Source: Octopus sinensis
Taxonomy: Eukaryota
Assembly (NCBI RefSeq): GCF_006345805.1
Contig: NC_043002.1
Coordinates: 105,648,001 to 105,712,000, forward strand
Reading direction: 5' to 3'
Length of the DNA stretch: 64,000 nt
Shown: one piece after another, positions 14,154 through 26,995 of the stretch
Numbering within the stretch: position 1 is the stretch's first letter
How the letters are laid out: each line of letters begins with the position of its first letter
The notes under the pieces: model-generated
Seen by the model: the letters and a program-made list of their open reading frames with translations, nothing else
Database searches by the model: none
Told to the model about the DNA's origin: nothing
Made by a program: the position numbers and the translations under genes

Positions 14154-14707
14154 GCCCTGATGCAGTACCAGGCAGTGGCTCCAATGGCTTCTGATCATAA
14201 CTGATTGGGAGTGTTATCATGTACATTGTTTTGTCTTGGTATAAAAGATGGGCTACAGCAAATATTCTGCTCAATACCACAGATTTGCTTGTCAGTTGTT
14301 TGACCTTAACCAGTTGAGCATGTCCCTTAGTGGCTGACGATATGTGCATCTCTGATCACGAGCAGAAGTAGTGGGGGAGCATCATAGCCATGTGTTGAGA
14401 GGGATTCTTTGGGGTTTGAATAGTTCACCTCTGGAAACATGGGTGGTTCTTTCAACATCCTTAAACAACCCTTATTCAGGGACCGTTTGAGCGGGATGGG
14501 CTACTCAACCTGAAGAAAATTCTAACTGGGCCCCACCTGCAAGGTCATGTGCTGTTTATCTTGATATGAGATCACCATGTCGCGCACATATGGTTGTGAT
14601 GCATGTGCCTGGTGTACCTTTATCAGACGGGTAGTCATGATGGGTATATTGGGCTTCGTATATTTTACCCCAGTGTCACTTTGATGGCATGAACTGCTCA
14701 CTCACTC

Positions 14708-14708
<1 letters not shown>
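14152..14708 (+). mobile_element. Family E: about 555-bp non-coding element embedded in (TAA)n (longest copy)
   Basis: Flanked on both sides by (TAA)n; four copies in the window share the same right end. Confidence 0.75.
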
Positions 14709-14768
<60 letters not shown>

Positions 14769-14777
14769 CTTTCAAAT

Positions 14778-14935
14778 TTATGTATCAATACCAGCAGATG
14801 ACAACGAGTCTCTAAAAGAAATGGAAAAAACTTTCAAAATACAAAGACCTGGAAATAGAGGTAACTCCAATGTGGAATCTAAAATCAGAAACAATCCCTA
14901 TCATAGTAGGCACATTAGGTGAGATAAAAAAATAG
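14778..14935 (+). mobile_element. R4/Dong REL endonuclease C-terminal fragment
   Basis: VSIPADDNESLKEMEK...KYKDLEIEVTPMWNLKSETIPIIVGTLG. Confidence 0.8.
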
Positions 14936-15060
14936 TGAATCAACACTCAATAAATAAATGCAGTTGGGCACAGATAATCAATTATAATAAGGGATATTTA
15001 TCCCCAATAACTACTCTACATTCACCCACCAACTGTAATGCGTGTGAATGTGTGTATATA

Positions 15061-15110
<50 letters not shown>

Positions 15111-15215
15111 GTATATATGTATGTAATGTATGTATGTATGTATGTATGTATGCATGCATGTATGTATGTATATGTATACACACACACACCCATATATATA
15201 TATAGATATATATAT

Positions 15216-15247
<32 letters not shown>

Positions 15248-15280
15248 CGTATATATATATACACATACATATATATTTAC

Positions 15281-15386
15281 GCTTTTACTTGTCTCAGTCA
15301 TTTGAGTGTGGCCATGCTGGAGCACCGCTTTTAGTCGAGCAAATCGACCCCAGGACTTATTCTTTGTAAGCCTAGTACTTATTCTA
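15281..15386 (-). mobile_element. SINE family B 3' tail fragment
   Basis: Reverse complement of the GCGGTGCTCCAGCATGGCC...ATGACTGA..CAAGTAAAAG tail seen at 28135-28195. Confidence 0.7.
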
Positions 15387-15396
15387 TATATATACA

Positions 15397-15693
15397 GAGC
15401 GTCAAAAAGGCGAGGAACTTGAGGCAACCCAGCACCATTACACAAAGAAAATTACCTCGGTGAAAGAGATGATCAACTGAAAGAGACTAAAGAAACCAAA
15501 GCTCTACTCGTAAGAGAGAAGGCATGAAAGATCTGCAGTGGTACACATATAGGTGATCTTGGAAGGTCTAGCTCCCAGCTTTGGAATTGCGAGTTATACC
15601 AACGACCGAACTAGATGGCACTGCATAGTGCCAAGGATCCCGTCTTCTCCATCTAGAATAAGGACTCAGTACAGTAACAGCTTGGGTTTCAAT
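15397..15693 (+). mobile_element. CR1-clade LINE ORF2 C-terminal remnant
   Basis: [13 protein letters not shown]...RLKKPKLYS*ERRHER...ILEGLAPSFGI...HCIVPRIP...YSNSLGF (LYSLERRR-type motif). Confidence 0.7.
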
Positions 15694-15708
15694 ATGGGCC
15701 TAGTCAAA

Positions 15709-15925
15709 AAGGCGGCGAGCTGGCAGAATCGTTAGCATGCCGGGTGAAATGCTTAACGGTATTTTGTCTGTCTTTACGTTCTGAGTTCAAATACCGCCAA
15801 TGTCGACTTTACTCTTTATCCTTTTGGGATCGATAAATTAAGTACCAGTTGCGTACTGGGATCGATCTAATCGACTGGCTCCCTCCCCAAAAATTTCGGG
15901 CCTTCTACCAAGAGTAGAAAAGAAT
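15709..15925 (+). mobile_element. SINE family A (alternative-tail subfamily)
   Basis: Same head and core as 4228; tail as in the second unit at 4461-4665. Confidence 0.8.
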
Positions 15926-16324
15926 ATAGACCTAGTTATACTATGTTCGAATAATAGTTGAGATGATAACCGTTGAGATAGTTTTGGTGGCAGTTCTGGT
16001 TGTTGAGAGGTGATCTAGGAGTAAGACAAGAACAAGACACTAGATATTACGAATTGCTTCTTCTATTATATTTGTATTAAATATATCACCATGGCTGAAT
16101 TTGTCAAGCATTTAGCACTGCTATGTAAGTTTATTCGACTGATGTCTAGCATAGTAAGGAGCTCTGTTGGCCCCCGTCTTCATCATGCTTCTTCGCCTGT
16201 AATTACAGACTTGGACAAGGGTTTTTTTCTTTTTCCTCTTTTTCTTGTTTTTGACAGACAAATCGTTGCCCATGTATTGAAGCATCTTCTCTGTACGCCA
16301 TATGTAAGAATTTTTTTTTCCTGA

Positions 16325-16700
16325 AAGGTCGACACAGCCTGACGCCAGTACTGTCGTAGAGATTGTCCGGAGAACTTAAAGACTCCGCCGGTTACGACGA
16401 CGAGGGTCCCAGCTGATACGATCAACGGAACAGCTTGCTCGTGAAATTAACGTGCAAATGGCTGAGCATTCCACAGACACGTGTACCCTTAACGTAGTTC
16501 TCGGGGATAATCAGCGTGACACAGAGAGTGACAAGGCTGACCCTTTGAAATACAAGTACAACTCATTTTTGCCAGCTGAGTGGACTGGAGCAACGTGAAA
16601 TAAAGTGCCTTGCTCAAGGACACAACGCGTCGCCGGGAATCGAACTCACAACCTTACGATCATGAGCCGAATGCCCTAACCACTAAGCCACGCGCCCTCA
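16325..16700 (-). mobile_element. tRNA-derived SINE family C
   Basis: Minus-strand head TGGCTTAGTGGTTAGGG...GAGTTCGATTCCC, then TGTGTCCTTGAGCAAGGCACTTTATTTCACGTTGCTCCAGTCCACTCAGCTG core. Confidence 0.8.
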
Positions 16701-17274
16701 CACCCTGAGAACTTACAGAGCTGCAAGATATCTCAGCCAACACTCTAACAGTTCCATCAATGCGCCACGCCGGATTGGGGGCAGTTTTATTTGATTTTGG
16801 CAGGATTTTAATTCAGAACGCACAAAGTCTATTAAACGCTCCGCACTTCTCCCCACCCCATCTCTTACTCCCATGTACATGTGTGAGTGTTCATGCATTA
16901 TACATGTAGGAAAATGCTTGGCCGTCACTCGCACGCAAGTACGGTGTGGTAGCTTTCGCTTCATGCCTTTCCTAATTGTCTTAGGCTTTTAGGTAGTCAC
17001 GATAAGACAAAAACACGCTCAGCCTTCAAACTTATGAGTCGATGTGAGAGGTAGCGGAAGGAGAGGAAGCTGCACCAGCACCAGACCTGCCCTCATTTAC
17101 AGTGAGTAGACGAGGGCTGTATGAGATGCAGTACCTAGCTTACGGACACAACATACCGCCTGGCTAGGAATCGAACTGATGATCCTATGATCGTAAGCCC
17201 AACACCCGCTCAGCACTAGACCACCTATATTCACTGTATGTATGCACACGCACACTCACACACACATATATATA

Positions 17275-18141
17275 CAGGGGTTGGACAGAATAATGGAAAC
17301 ACCTTAAAATTTCAAACAAATTTATTTTAATATGGGGTAGGACCACCTTTGACAGTAATTACAGCTTGAATTCTATGAGATATGGACTCGTACAAAGCTT
17401 GAATTGTTTCCAAACGAACTTTTGTCCATTCTTCAGCTAAACAGTCTCCAGTTCTTGTAATGATGATGGTGGAGGATATCGACTCCTTACTTATTTTTCT
17501 AAAATGCACCATAAATGTTCAATAATATTGTGATTTGGGGACTGTGGTGACGAGATAAGATGTTCAACTTCACTAGAATGTTCCTCGTGCCATTCAGTAA
17601 CAACTTCAGCTGTGTGAATTGGTGCATTATCATCCTGAAAGATTGCGTTTCCCTCTGGAAACAGTTCCGCAACCATAGGATGAATTTGATCAGACAAAAT
17701 GCTTAAATAGTCTTGACTATTAATTCTGCCATGAAGGGAAACCATTGGGCCGGCGGATTTCCAAGATATAGCATTCCCGGATCATCAAATACTTCTCCAT
17801 GCTTAACAGTTGGAAGAAGGCAGTCTGGGTCAAATACGTGTGGCTGTCTCCACACGTAGACTCAGCCGGTGGTCGGAAATATGGTAAAGGATGACTCGTC
17901 CGGGAAACTAATATTTTTCCACTGCTCTAGGAACCAATTCTGTAGGTTTTTACTGTACTATAAACGCTTTGAAACGTTTATTTTGGAAGATATATAAGAA
18001 ACAGCAATTTTAGCGAAACATATTAAGCAACACTAATGATAAATCAAAAACAAAAATAAACAAGCTTTTGGCAGTTTTATAGATTTTTCAAAATTATGAT
18101 GCTATGATGCAAGGTGTTTCCATTATTTTGTCCAACCCCTG
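17275..18141 (-). mobile_element. Tc1-like DNA transposon, internally deleted
   Basis: TIRs CAGGGGTTGGACA(G/A)AATAATGGAAACACC with TA at both ends; transposase remnants IFQDDNAPIH, PQSPNHNIIEHLW, AVITVKGGPTPY. Confidence 0.92.
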
Positions 18142-18164
18142 TATATGCATATAATATATCGTTT

Positions 18165-18525
18165 AGGACCATGAGGGTCCCAGTTAATCCGATCAACGGA
18201 ACAGCCTGCACGGGAAATTAACGTACAATTGGCTGAACACTCCACAGACACGTGTACCCTTAACGTAATCCTCGGAGAGATTCAGCGTGACAGAGAGTGT
18301 GACAAGGTTGGCCCTTTGAAATACAGGTACAACAGAAATAGGAAGAAAGAGTGAGAGAAAGTTGTAGTGAAAGAGTACAGCAGGGTTCGTCACCACCTCC
18401 TGCAGGAGCCTCATGGAGCTTTAGGTGTTTTCGCTCAATAAACACTCACAACGCCCGGTCTGGGGATCGAAACCGCGATCTTACGACCGCAAGACTACTG
18501 CCCTAACTATGGGTCATTGCGCCTC
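18165..18525 (-). mobile_element. tRNA-derived SINE related to family C (shares the 3' region)
   Basis: B-box GGTTTCGATCCC on the minus strand; 18165-18330 is similar to 16400-16560. Confidence 0.7.
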
Positions 18526-18579
18526 TACATATATAATATACTATCTATCTCTCTTTCTTCCCCCCACTCTCTCTCTCAC

Positions 18580-18630
<51 letters not shown>

Positions 18631-19366
18631 TCATGTGCACACGTGTGTATGCTTGTGTATGTATATATGTGGTTATACATGTACGTGTGTGAGTGTGTGT
18701 GTGTTTGTGTGTGTGTGAGTGTGCGTGTGTGTGTGTATGTGTGTGCGAGTGTGTGTGTGTGTGTATACATGCATGTATATTCGACACAAATGTCCGTGTG
18801 TATACAATTACCAAAAAATTTATTCTTGTCTAAAGGACAGCGCATATCTTTGCTGCCACCTATGGCTTCATTATCATAACTAACAGCTGTCAAAGGCAAT
18901 ATTGTTTGCACAGTCACACTGAGACCTCTTACGAAGCCACCTATTGTGAAAACATCCATTACACTACTATCTCAGCTGAGAGATCACCGTATCACCTCGC
19001 AACGCAAAACCATTATAGCCGACACAACGTTTGAGGGTAGAACTTTGTATAATTTCAGACTGGTATCATAAGAAACTTAAAACGTGTAAACCTAATACGA
19101 AAACGGTATAGAGAAAAATTTTAATCAAGTCACTTATGTTGATAAAGTTTTCTGAATTAGACATAAGGTAACAGATTTGCAATGGCATTTCGGACATTTT
19201 TTGAGCAGCAGTAATGAATACTCATACACACACACACGTGTGTGTGTGTGTGAGAGTGTGTTTGTGTGTGTGTGTGTGTGTGAGAGAGTGTGTTTGTGTG
19301 TGTGGTGTGTGTGTGTGTGTGTGTGTGTGTGAGTGTGTTTGTGTGTGCGTGTGTGTGTGTGTGTGA

Positions 19367-19455
<89 letters not shown>

Positions 19456-19492
19456 ATTTATATATATATCACGATATTCAGAACAATACTAG

Positions 19493-20100
19493 GTGAGTCC
19501 ACCTTATACAACTCCTCAAAATATGATGCCCAGTGAGCCACCACCTTGGGCCCCTCAGAGTTTAAAACTGCAGAATATCGAGGTGGAAGGCTTTGACCTC
19601 TAAGCTTAATGATTCCTATTTAGACAGTGCGTGAGTCTGAAGTATGAAATCAACTCCCAACCTCCCAACAGATTCCTCGAACCTTCTTTTCCTTGCCAGA
19701 CTTCAGTGTCCTGACTACCCATCACCTCAGACCCAAGGCAAATCACTAGGCGTCCTAACCAACCTCGCACTGCGACTGCATTCCATTAATGCGATGGTCT
19801 CCCTGGAAAGGAAACGTTTCCTGTCTCTTTCTTCGGAAGTCAATACCCCTACAAGCAGTTGACAGCAGGCTGTCCCTGTAAGTATCTCACATTCTCACAG
19901 GCACAGTGAAGGACCACCCCCCACGTAGCACAGACTCAAGATGGTGCGAGCAAATCTTGCTTTTACCGTTCTCTTTGAGTCTGTCTTCATCCACTCAGAG
20001 TCCCCGGCGTTTGTAAGTGTGTGGTTGAGTTGCTGTTTTTAGATTCAGCTGTCGATGACAATGACAACGAGTTACTTGCCTGGCAAGACAAAGATTCTAT
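19493..20100 (-). mobile_element. RTE-clade LINE remnant (endonuclease-RT linker)
   Basis: Minus translation includes RKRFLSRETIALMECSRSARL and [22 protein letters not shown]. Confidence 0.55.
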
Positions 20101-20240
20101 CCACTAGACGGTACCGACGGTTATTCAACGAATTACGCAGCCAAACAGGTGACTGTAGGATCGTGAATGCTGCGCCATTTCTGCACCCTCCATGTACCTT
20201 TGTGAGCAAAGAAACTTCAAAGTGATGGTATTTAGTTATC

Positions 20241-20451
20241 GCGAGCTGGCAGAAACGTTAGCACGGCGGGCGAAATGCCAAGCGATATTTCGTCTGCCGC
20301 TACGATCTGAGTTCAAATTCCGCCGAGGCCGACTTTGCATTTCATCCTTTCGGGGTCGATTAAATAAGTACCAGTTACGCACTGGGGTCGATATAATCGA
20401 CTTAATCCGTTTGTCTGTCCTTGTTTGTCCCCTCTGTGTAGTAAAGATATA
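20241..20451 (+). mobile_element. SINE family A with TSD
   Basis: 16-bp TSD GGTATTTAGTTATCGC at 20227-20242 and 20452-20467. Confidence 0.88.
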
Positions 20452-20694
20452 GGTATTTAGTTATCGCAGATGCACGCGATACTGAGACGAGATGTCTTGT
20501 TTTCTGTTCGTGATTTCAAGAATTTCGACTCCTAACTGACGCCGGGGTAAGTTAAGATTTGAAAACGGGGTGGAAGTAGAGCAAAAAGTACCTATACATC
20601 AAATTCCATTGTGACAAATGCTTGCAAGACACGCGTTTCTCTTTCTAAAAGCTGAAGCCGTTAAAGTAAGACAAACACAACAGAGAAATGCTAA

Positions 20695-21087
20695 TCTATA
20701 TATATGAAGCTGAAGTTGTCTGTGTATGGCAGGTTTGGTAGCCTTCAACTTACACTATCCCCTCAGAGACCCTGAGGCGCAAGTTGACCAAAATTGAGTG
20801 TATGGTAGAAGAAGGCTTGCTCTTCCTTCCGTAGAAGAAAAAAAATTCAAATCGGACCATGTTAACACCAAAAATTATTTACATCAAAAAGGTGCTTTTT
20901 TTCTATGAAAATCCCTATTTTTTTTACGATTTTTTACTGCTGTGTCGCCATTTTTCGGTGTATTTCAACCAGAAAAATGTTCACTTAAAGAGAATAACAA
21001 GCTACATAACGCAAAGTTTTTACTTTTCAAAAATTCCAATTCTAAAGGTTCGAAACAAACCCGAGCAACGCCGGGCGATACTGCTAG
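20695..21087 (+). mobile_element. Non-autonomous Helitron
   Basis: 5' A|TCTATATATATGAAGCTGAAGTTG; 3' CCCGAGCAACGCCGGGCGATACTGCTAG, identical to the 12299-12694 terminus. Confidence 0.85.
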
Positions 21088-21329
21088 CATATACATATAA
21101 ATAAAGGAAGGTAGCCAGAGACTGCAAGCACACTGGCTTCAGATAAGATTAGTCTTCTATCTTGCTAATTTGCATATCATTTACATATGCCTCTAAATTG
21201 GCATATGTATGCACATGTATATTTACTCCCTACCTGATGACCGCTGACTCTCCAGAAATTGCTTTTTGTCTTTCTTCTTGACCAGAAACCCTCCTCCTCA
21301 CCAGATTCGGTATGCGTATGTATGTATGT

Positions 21330-21700
21330 ATGATGACGCATAGGGAGCTGGTACAGTGACGACATTCTACGACAGCTGCTAATCACATGCGTAATGTCTC
21401 CCACAGGAACATGACAAAGCCTACACATGCGGTTGCACCCTGGGATTCACCAAGTACTTTGTGGCAATCTCCTATTCCAGGATTGCAAACGCATAGCCTT
21501 CAAAGTGTAATGTAATGTAGTGGTCTTGTGTCGAAGAGAGGCTGCGCTTCGTGTCAATTCTACTGTCATCTTCCAGCTTCCAGGCAACAGTTTTTTTTTT
21601 TTCTGAGGTAAGAGAGCCCAGCTGTTTTGGGGCTGTATAGGAGATCATCAGGAAGAAAGTGCTTCTTGAGGAGTTCACTGCCAACGCGTGCGATGTTGCT
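21330..21700 (-). mobile_element. R4/Dong-like fragment (CCHC region)
   Basis: CRLCHVPVGDITHVISSC and HFEGYAFAILE; homologous to 57270-57470. Confidence 0.75.
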
Positions 21701-21715
21701 CACTTCGCTTTTCAG

Positions 21716-21811
21716 CACTACGCCATATGCCTACGGGCATATGGCGTGGTGGTTAAGAGCGCGGGCTACTAATCCCAAGATTCCAAGTTCGATTCCAGGC
21801 AGTGACCTGAC

Positions 21812-21847
<36 letters not shown>

Positions 21848-22047
21848 TGGTGATGATGATAATAATAATAACATCAAAAAATTCCTTAGGAATGAGAACC
21901 CAGGTTCAAAATTTCCCCAAGACACCTGATGAAGGCTGGAGGGTATATCAGCAGAAAAGTTGTGTTAACAACAAACAAGATGAGGACAAATATCCGTCAA
22001 TTGTAAATAATGTACATAATTCCTCATCTCTTAAATATAGAACTGTA
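21716..22047 (+). mobile_element. Family D tRNA-head/hammerhead element with short 5' fold-back
   Basis: CACTACGCCATATGCC-TAC-GGGCATATGGCGTGGTG hairpin, A/B boxes, (TAA)n spacer, mutated HHR at 21921-21966, tail ending TAGAACTGTA. Confidence 0.8.
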
Positions 22048-24059
22048 TATTTATTTTTGCTGCTGTATGTATAGAGCTGTCTCTATTGCTGCATATGTTT
22101 GCATGTTTCAACCTGGTGTGCGTGTCTGTGTGCGTTTATGTGCACACATGTGTGTTTCGAAATGACCTTCTGACTTAACTCTTTATACGCTTGTGTGTGT
22201 ATGCGTGTGTATGTGTATGTGCATATGTATGTGCGTGAGTATGTATGTTTATTAATGCGCACCTTATGTAACATACCTCTATATCTATATACTTTACATG
22301 TATGTCTCTTATCTAAAGATATGTGCGTGTCTCATCATAAGTAATATATATGTTTGTATAAGTGTGTGTGTGTTTTGTGGGTCAGAGGAGGAGGAGAAGG
22401 AGAGCAAAGAGAGGTTGTTCCGTTTCTTTCAATTTCTCGCCTGTTCTATTATCATGATCACCACCTACCTCGCCCAGCACCTCCTCACCCACGACGGCAA
22501 CCATTAAAACTCACCCCTGCCACTATCCCACCATGGGCACCACCCACCACGGCTACCACTTCTTACGTCCACTACACACCACAACAACCCACCACCAAGA
22601 TCTACACTACCACCAACACCCACCACCACCACCACCACCACCACTACCACCTCTACTACCACTTGCCACAAGCATCGCTACCTACCATTCAACACCATCC
22701 GACAAAATTTACCACTACCACTATCACCACTAACCCATCAATACCATTTCTACCAGCATCCCCACCACCGCAACTATCACCGCCAACACTACCACCACCA
22801 CCGCCCTGACCGATTAATCACTCCTCCACCCCCCATACCCACTATCACATCACTACAACATTCAGGTTTAGTGCAAAGCTAATATTTCATTTCAAGTCGC
22901 TGCAGGTGAGGACAGCGACCCTCCAACCACCACATCCCCATCACTACTACTACTACTATTACTCTCGTAACTACTACCAACACCGTTAACACTGCTACCA
23001 CCACCACCACCCACAACCAACATTAACGCCACCAACACCATCAGCTTACAATAACACTCAGTCGCTACGAGGGAGCCTCTCCACGGCCTTTCGATCTGCT
23101 ACAAATAGTAGCTAAATCTTCCTCAAATCGTACAGACTTAAAAGAAATGCAACGTGTAGCTCATTGTGTTCTCAGTTCGAATCCCACCAAGGCCTACTTG
23201 AATGATGGACTTAGTCCGTTACTTGGTTTTTAACACAACCACCAGGAACCGGTGTCACCTTGAGGCGTGGTACACTGAACAGTTAGTCCGAGTGGCCTCA
23301 CGAGTTAAGCTCATAATTCAGATTTACGTATGTTGTGACTTGCCGTCTATAAGTAAGGCGCAGTAAATTGATTTTGCCGGGATCCTGTAATGCTTCTAAG
23401 ACGGCCCTTCCGGGATCCTAGGGTACTTTTAGCGGAATAAAGTTTGTTGCAAGCTTTCGGGACCAGGTCTCTGGTTTGAGGATATCTTGCTCCCCCTCCC
23501 ACCAAACTTGGAGGCCCCTGCAAATGATCAAGGGCACTGTGTCCCGCATTAATTGAATGATTTTATACACAGTATAAAGAGACATGTTGGTCACTATTGG
23601 AGTGTCTTTGACCTTAGATTCGCCAAGTGAAGACTGACAACAGCATGTACTGATAATATATTTATTCCATCACCCGATTTAACCTTACATCTGCGATACC
23701 GTCATTGGACTTTCCTCCTATCGTAAGTCACATGTATTGTTCCTAAGGATACAATGTCCAAATGTTTCTTTCCTCTTTGAGGGGATTTAGCTGCTCTTTC
23801 TACTTGTTCGGTCGACTACATAAGGGTACTTTCGAGCGATGGTTGGTTGGTTGGTGAAGAAAATGATGGCAGCAGTAGTGGGCAAGAGATACAGGTGGTG
23901 GTAGCAATGGCTGCGGTGATTATGGTAGTGATCGTGACGGGGGGTGTTGGTGGTGGTAGGCGTGGTAATGGTCGTGTTGGTGGTCGTTGTCATCGTCATG
24001 GAGATGGGCGTGGTGGTCTTACTGAAGATAACAGTGGTGGTATAGAAACGAGGTAGTGA

Positions 24060-24080
24060 TAGTAGCAGCGGTGACCATGC

Positions 24081-24122
<42 letters not shown>

Positions 24123-25140
24123 CAGTAGTAGCAGTAGTAGTAGTAGTAGTAATGGTGTCAGTGGTGGTTGAAGTTCTGCTCGTGTTACAGGTATAGGTGG
24201 CGGTGGTAGGTGTGGTGGTGTAACTGAGTATTAGGTGGAGAGAGAGAGAGAGCGCGCGCGCGAGAGAGAGAGAGAGCGAGAGAGCGAGAGAGAGAGAGAG
24301 AGAGAGCATTACTGGAGGTGACGATGGTGGTGTTGGTGGTAGGAGTCGAGGTGGTGTAGACAGGATAGAATGAAGTTGACGTTAGTGTCATGCTTAGTGG
24401 TGGGGCTTCATCGGTGACATCCAGAGATGTGGGTAGTGTGACGATGGTGATGATGATGATGATAATAGTGCTGTGGTTGCGGTGGGAGTAGCGATACCTC
24501 AGGTGGTGGCGACAGGCCGAGGTAGACAATGATGAATTGTGATAAGAAGGTGGTGGTGGTGGTAGTGGTAGTGGTGGTAGTGGTGGTGGTGTTTATGCGG
24601 AGGGTAACGGTGGCAGTGGTCGTGAGACGAAGTACAGTAACAATGAAGTAGTAGCAGTAGTAGTAGTAGTAGTAGTATAGTAGTAGTAGTAGTAGTAGTG
24701 GTGGGGTGGTGGTGGTGGTGGTGGTGGTGGTGTGGTGGTGGTGATGGTGGTGGTGGTGGTGGTGGTGGTAATAGTAGTAGTGGTGGTGGTAGTAGCAACA
24801 GCAGCAGCAGCAGTAGTAGTAGTAGTGGTGGTGGTGGTGTTGGTGGTAGGAGTCGAGGTGGTGTAGACAGGATAGAATGAAGTTGACGTTAGTGTCATGC
24901 TTAGTGGTGGGGCTTCATCGGTGACATCCAGAGATGTGGGTAGTGTGACGATGGTGATGATGATGATGATAATAGTGCTGTGGTTGCGGTGGGAGTAGCG
25001 ATACCTCAGGTGGTGGCGACAGGCCGAGGTAGACAATGATGAATTGTGATAAGAAGGTGGTGGTGGTGGTAGTGGTAGTGGTGGTAGTGGTGGTGGTGTT
25101 TATGCGGAGGGTAACGGTGGCAGTGGTCGTGAGTAGTAGC

Positions 25141-25191
<51 letters not shown>

Positions 25192-25360
25192 GGTGGTGGT
25201 GGTGGTGGTGGTGGTGGTGGTGGTGATGGTGGTGGTGGTGGTGGTGGTGGTAATAGTAGTAGTGGTGGTGGTAGTAGCAACAGCAGCAGCAGCAGTAGTA
25301 GTAGTAGTAGTAGTGGTGGTGGTGGTGGTGGTGGTGGTGGTAGTAGTGATGGTGGTAGTA

Positions 25361-25423
<63 letters not shown>

Positions 25424-25475
25424 ATGGTAGTGGTGGTGGTGGTGGTGGTGGTGGTGGTGGTGGTGGTGGTGATGG
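24060..25475. repeat. Trinucleotide field (GTA/GGT/GCA) containing a 507-bp-period duplication
   Basis: About 24329-24622 recurs at about 24836-25129 (ORFs MSTSACRHH start at 24529 and 25036). Confidence 0.9.
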
Positions 25476-26068
25476 TTGTGTAACAGCGTACTGCGAAAAT
25501 GTTTCATTCATCACTTGTTGGTTTCAAGTAAGTCTTGAACTGGTCCCATAATGAACCACCACAAACTGAACCTTGTAAATCACAAACGTCTCAGGAATGG
25601 CGGCACATGGTGGAGGCTGTGTGTGTGTGTGTGTGTGTGTGTGCCTGCGTGTGTGTGTGTGCATGTGTGACGGTAGAGTGGTGGTTGTGGCGATGTTGAC
25701 ACAGCTTCTAACCATGTTGACAGGGAGGTGCAGTGGCAGTTGTAACGATACAGGTGGTTACATCGGTTCTCTTGGTATCATTGTAGATTGTAATAATGGA
25801 AATGTTGGGGGTCCTGGTGCGGTGGTTTAACCGTGGGTAGGCTCTAAATGGACTCACCTCTGGTCAAACTCTTTCCACCTATGACCATCCTGTATTTTCA
25901 CAATTGGTTTACTCTAAGACAACTAATATGAGTGAATCTGGCTGCTATTTCTAGGAATTCGCGCGACTATGAACAGGCCCGGTTGTTGACTCATATTTTC
26001 TTGCAGGGGGGAAGAGAAGAGGAGAGCGTGGTGAAGAAAAAGTAGTAGTAGTAGTAGTAGTAGTAGTA

Positions 26069-26116
<48 letters not shown>

Positions 26117-26517
26117 CAAGAGGAGAAGAAACTAGAAAAGAGAAAATAGAGGTAGGTAATGCGTTCCACCAGGTTCAGGTCAGTTTTCATTTTGCATGTA
26201 TGTATGTATGTATGTATGTATGTATGTATGTATGTATGTATGTATGTATGTATGTATGTATGTATGTATGTATGTATATAAGTACGTAGTCAATGTGTGC
26301 GTGTGTGCATTGTGTGTGTGTTTATGAGTATGTGCGTATTGTCTGTAAAATGGCGGAGTGAGTTGGGGCGGGTGGTGATTACTTCTGTGTAGGTCTGACA
26401 GTGTACATGTGTACATAACCCAAATATTTCGAATTGACGACCCGACACTCTCACCTCTATACGACTATAGACCCTGTCGTCTACAACCAATGTCGTCATC
26501 CACCACCACCCTCCAAA

Positions 26518-26557
<40 letters not shown>

Positions 26558-26933
26558 GTGTATGTCCCTCTCTCCCTCTTTCTCATTCTCTTTCACTCTC
26601 TCTCACTCTCTCACTCTCGCTCTCTAACCCTCTCCCTGTCTCGGTCTAAACAGCGCAATATACATATACATTCTTCTATCGGATACTGCTATCGGGCTGC
26701 CGTCATGCTGGAGCGTTGCCTCCGGCGTTTTTATCGATCATACCGTCTCCGGTATTTATTTGTCTTTTACTTATTTTCTGAGGCCCTATGTGTCGAAGTG
26801 CTACTGAGTGGGACGTAAAAGAACGTAGCATAAGTTCGGTGGCCATTTCAAATGCCCAGTACATAAGCACTGACACAGACAAAAGTACACACTGACACAC
26901 ACACATATACATAGATACACATACGTATACATG

Positions 26934-26972
<39 letters not shown>

Positions 26973-26995
26973 ACGTATACAAACATGTACCTATG

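Noticed and set aside
14152-14230. HDV-like ribozyme at the 5' end of family E
   Set aside because: I could not assemble a consistent P1/P2/P3 pseudoknot; the CTGACGA at about 14334 lacks a matching GAAA for a hammerhead
21735-21810. Apparent tRNA gene
   Set aside because: No acceptor stem or Pol III terminator and continuous with the family D body, so it is a SINE head; the same applies to families A, B and C
22354-22809. 151-aa Pro/Thr/His-rich ORF resembling a mucin or extensin
   Set aside because: Derived from decayed (ACC/CAC)n repeats; no splice or domain evidence
23230-23790. Non-repetitive, more GC-balanced block as a possible host exon or gypsy RT remnant
   Set aside because: No sustained ORF and only vague motif resemblance; needs BLASTx
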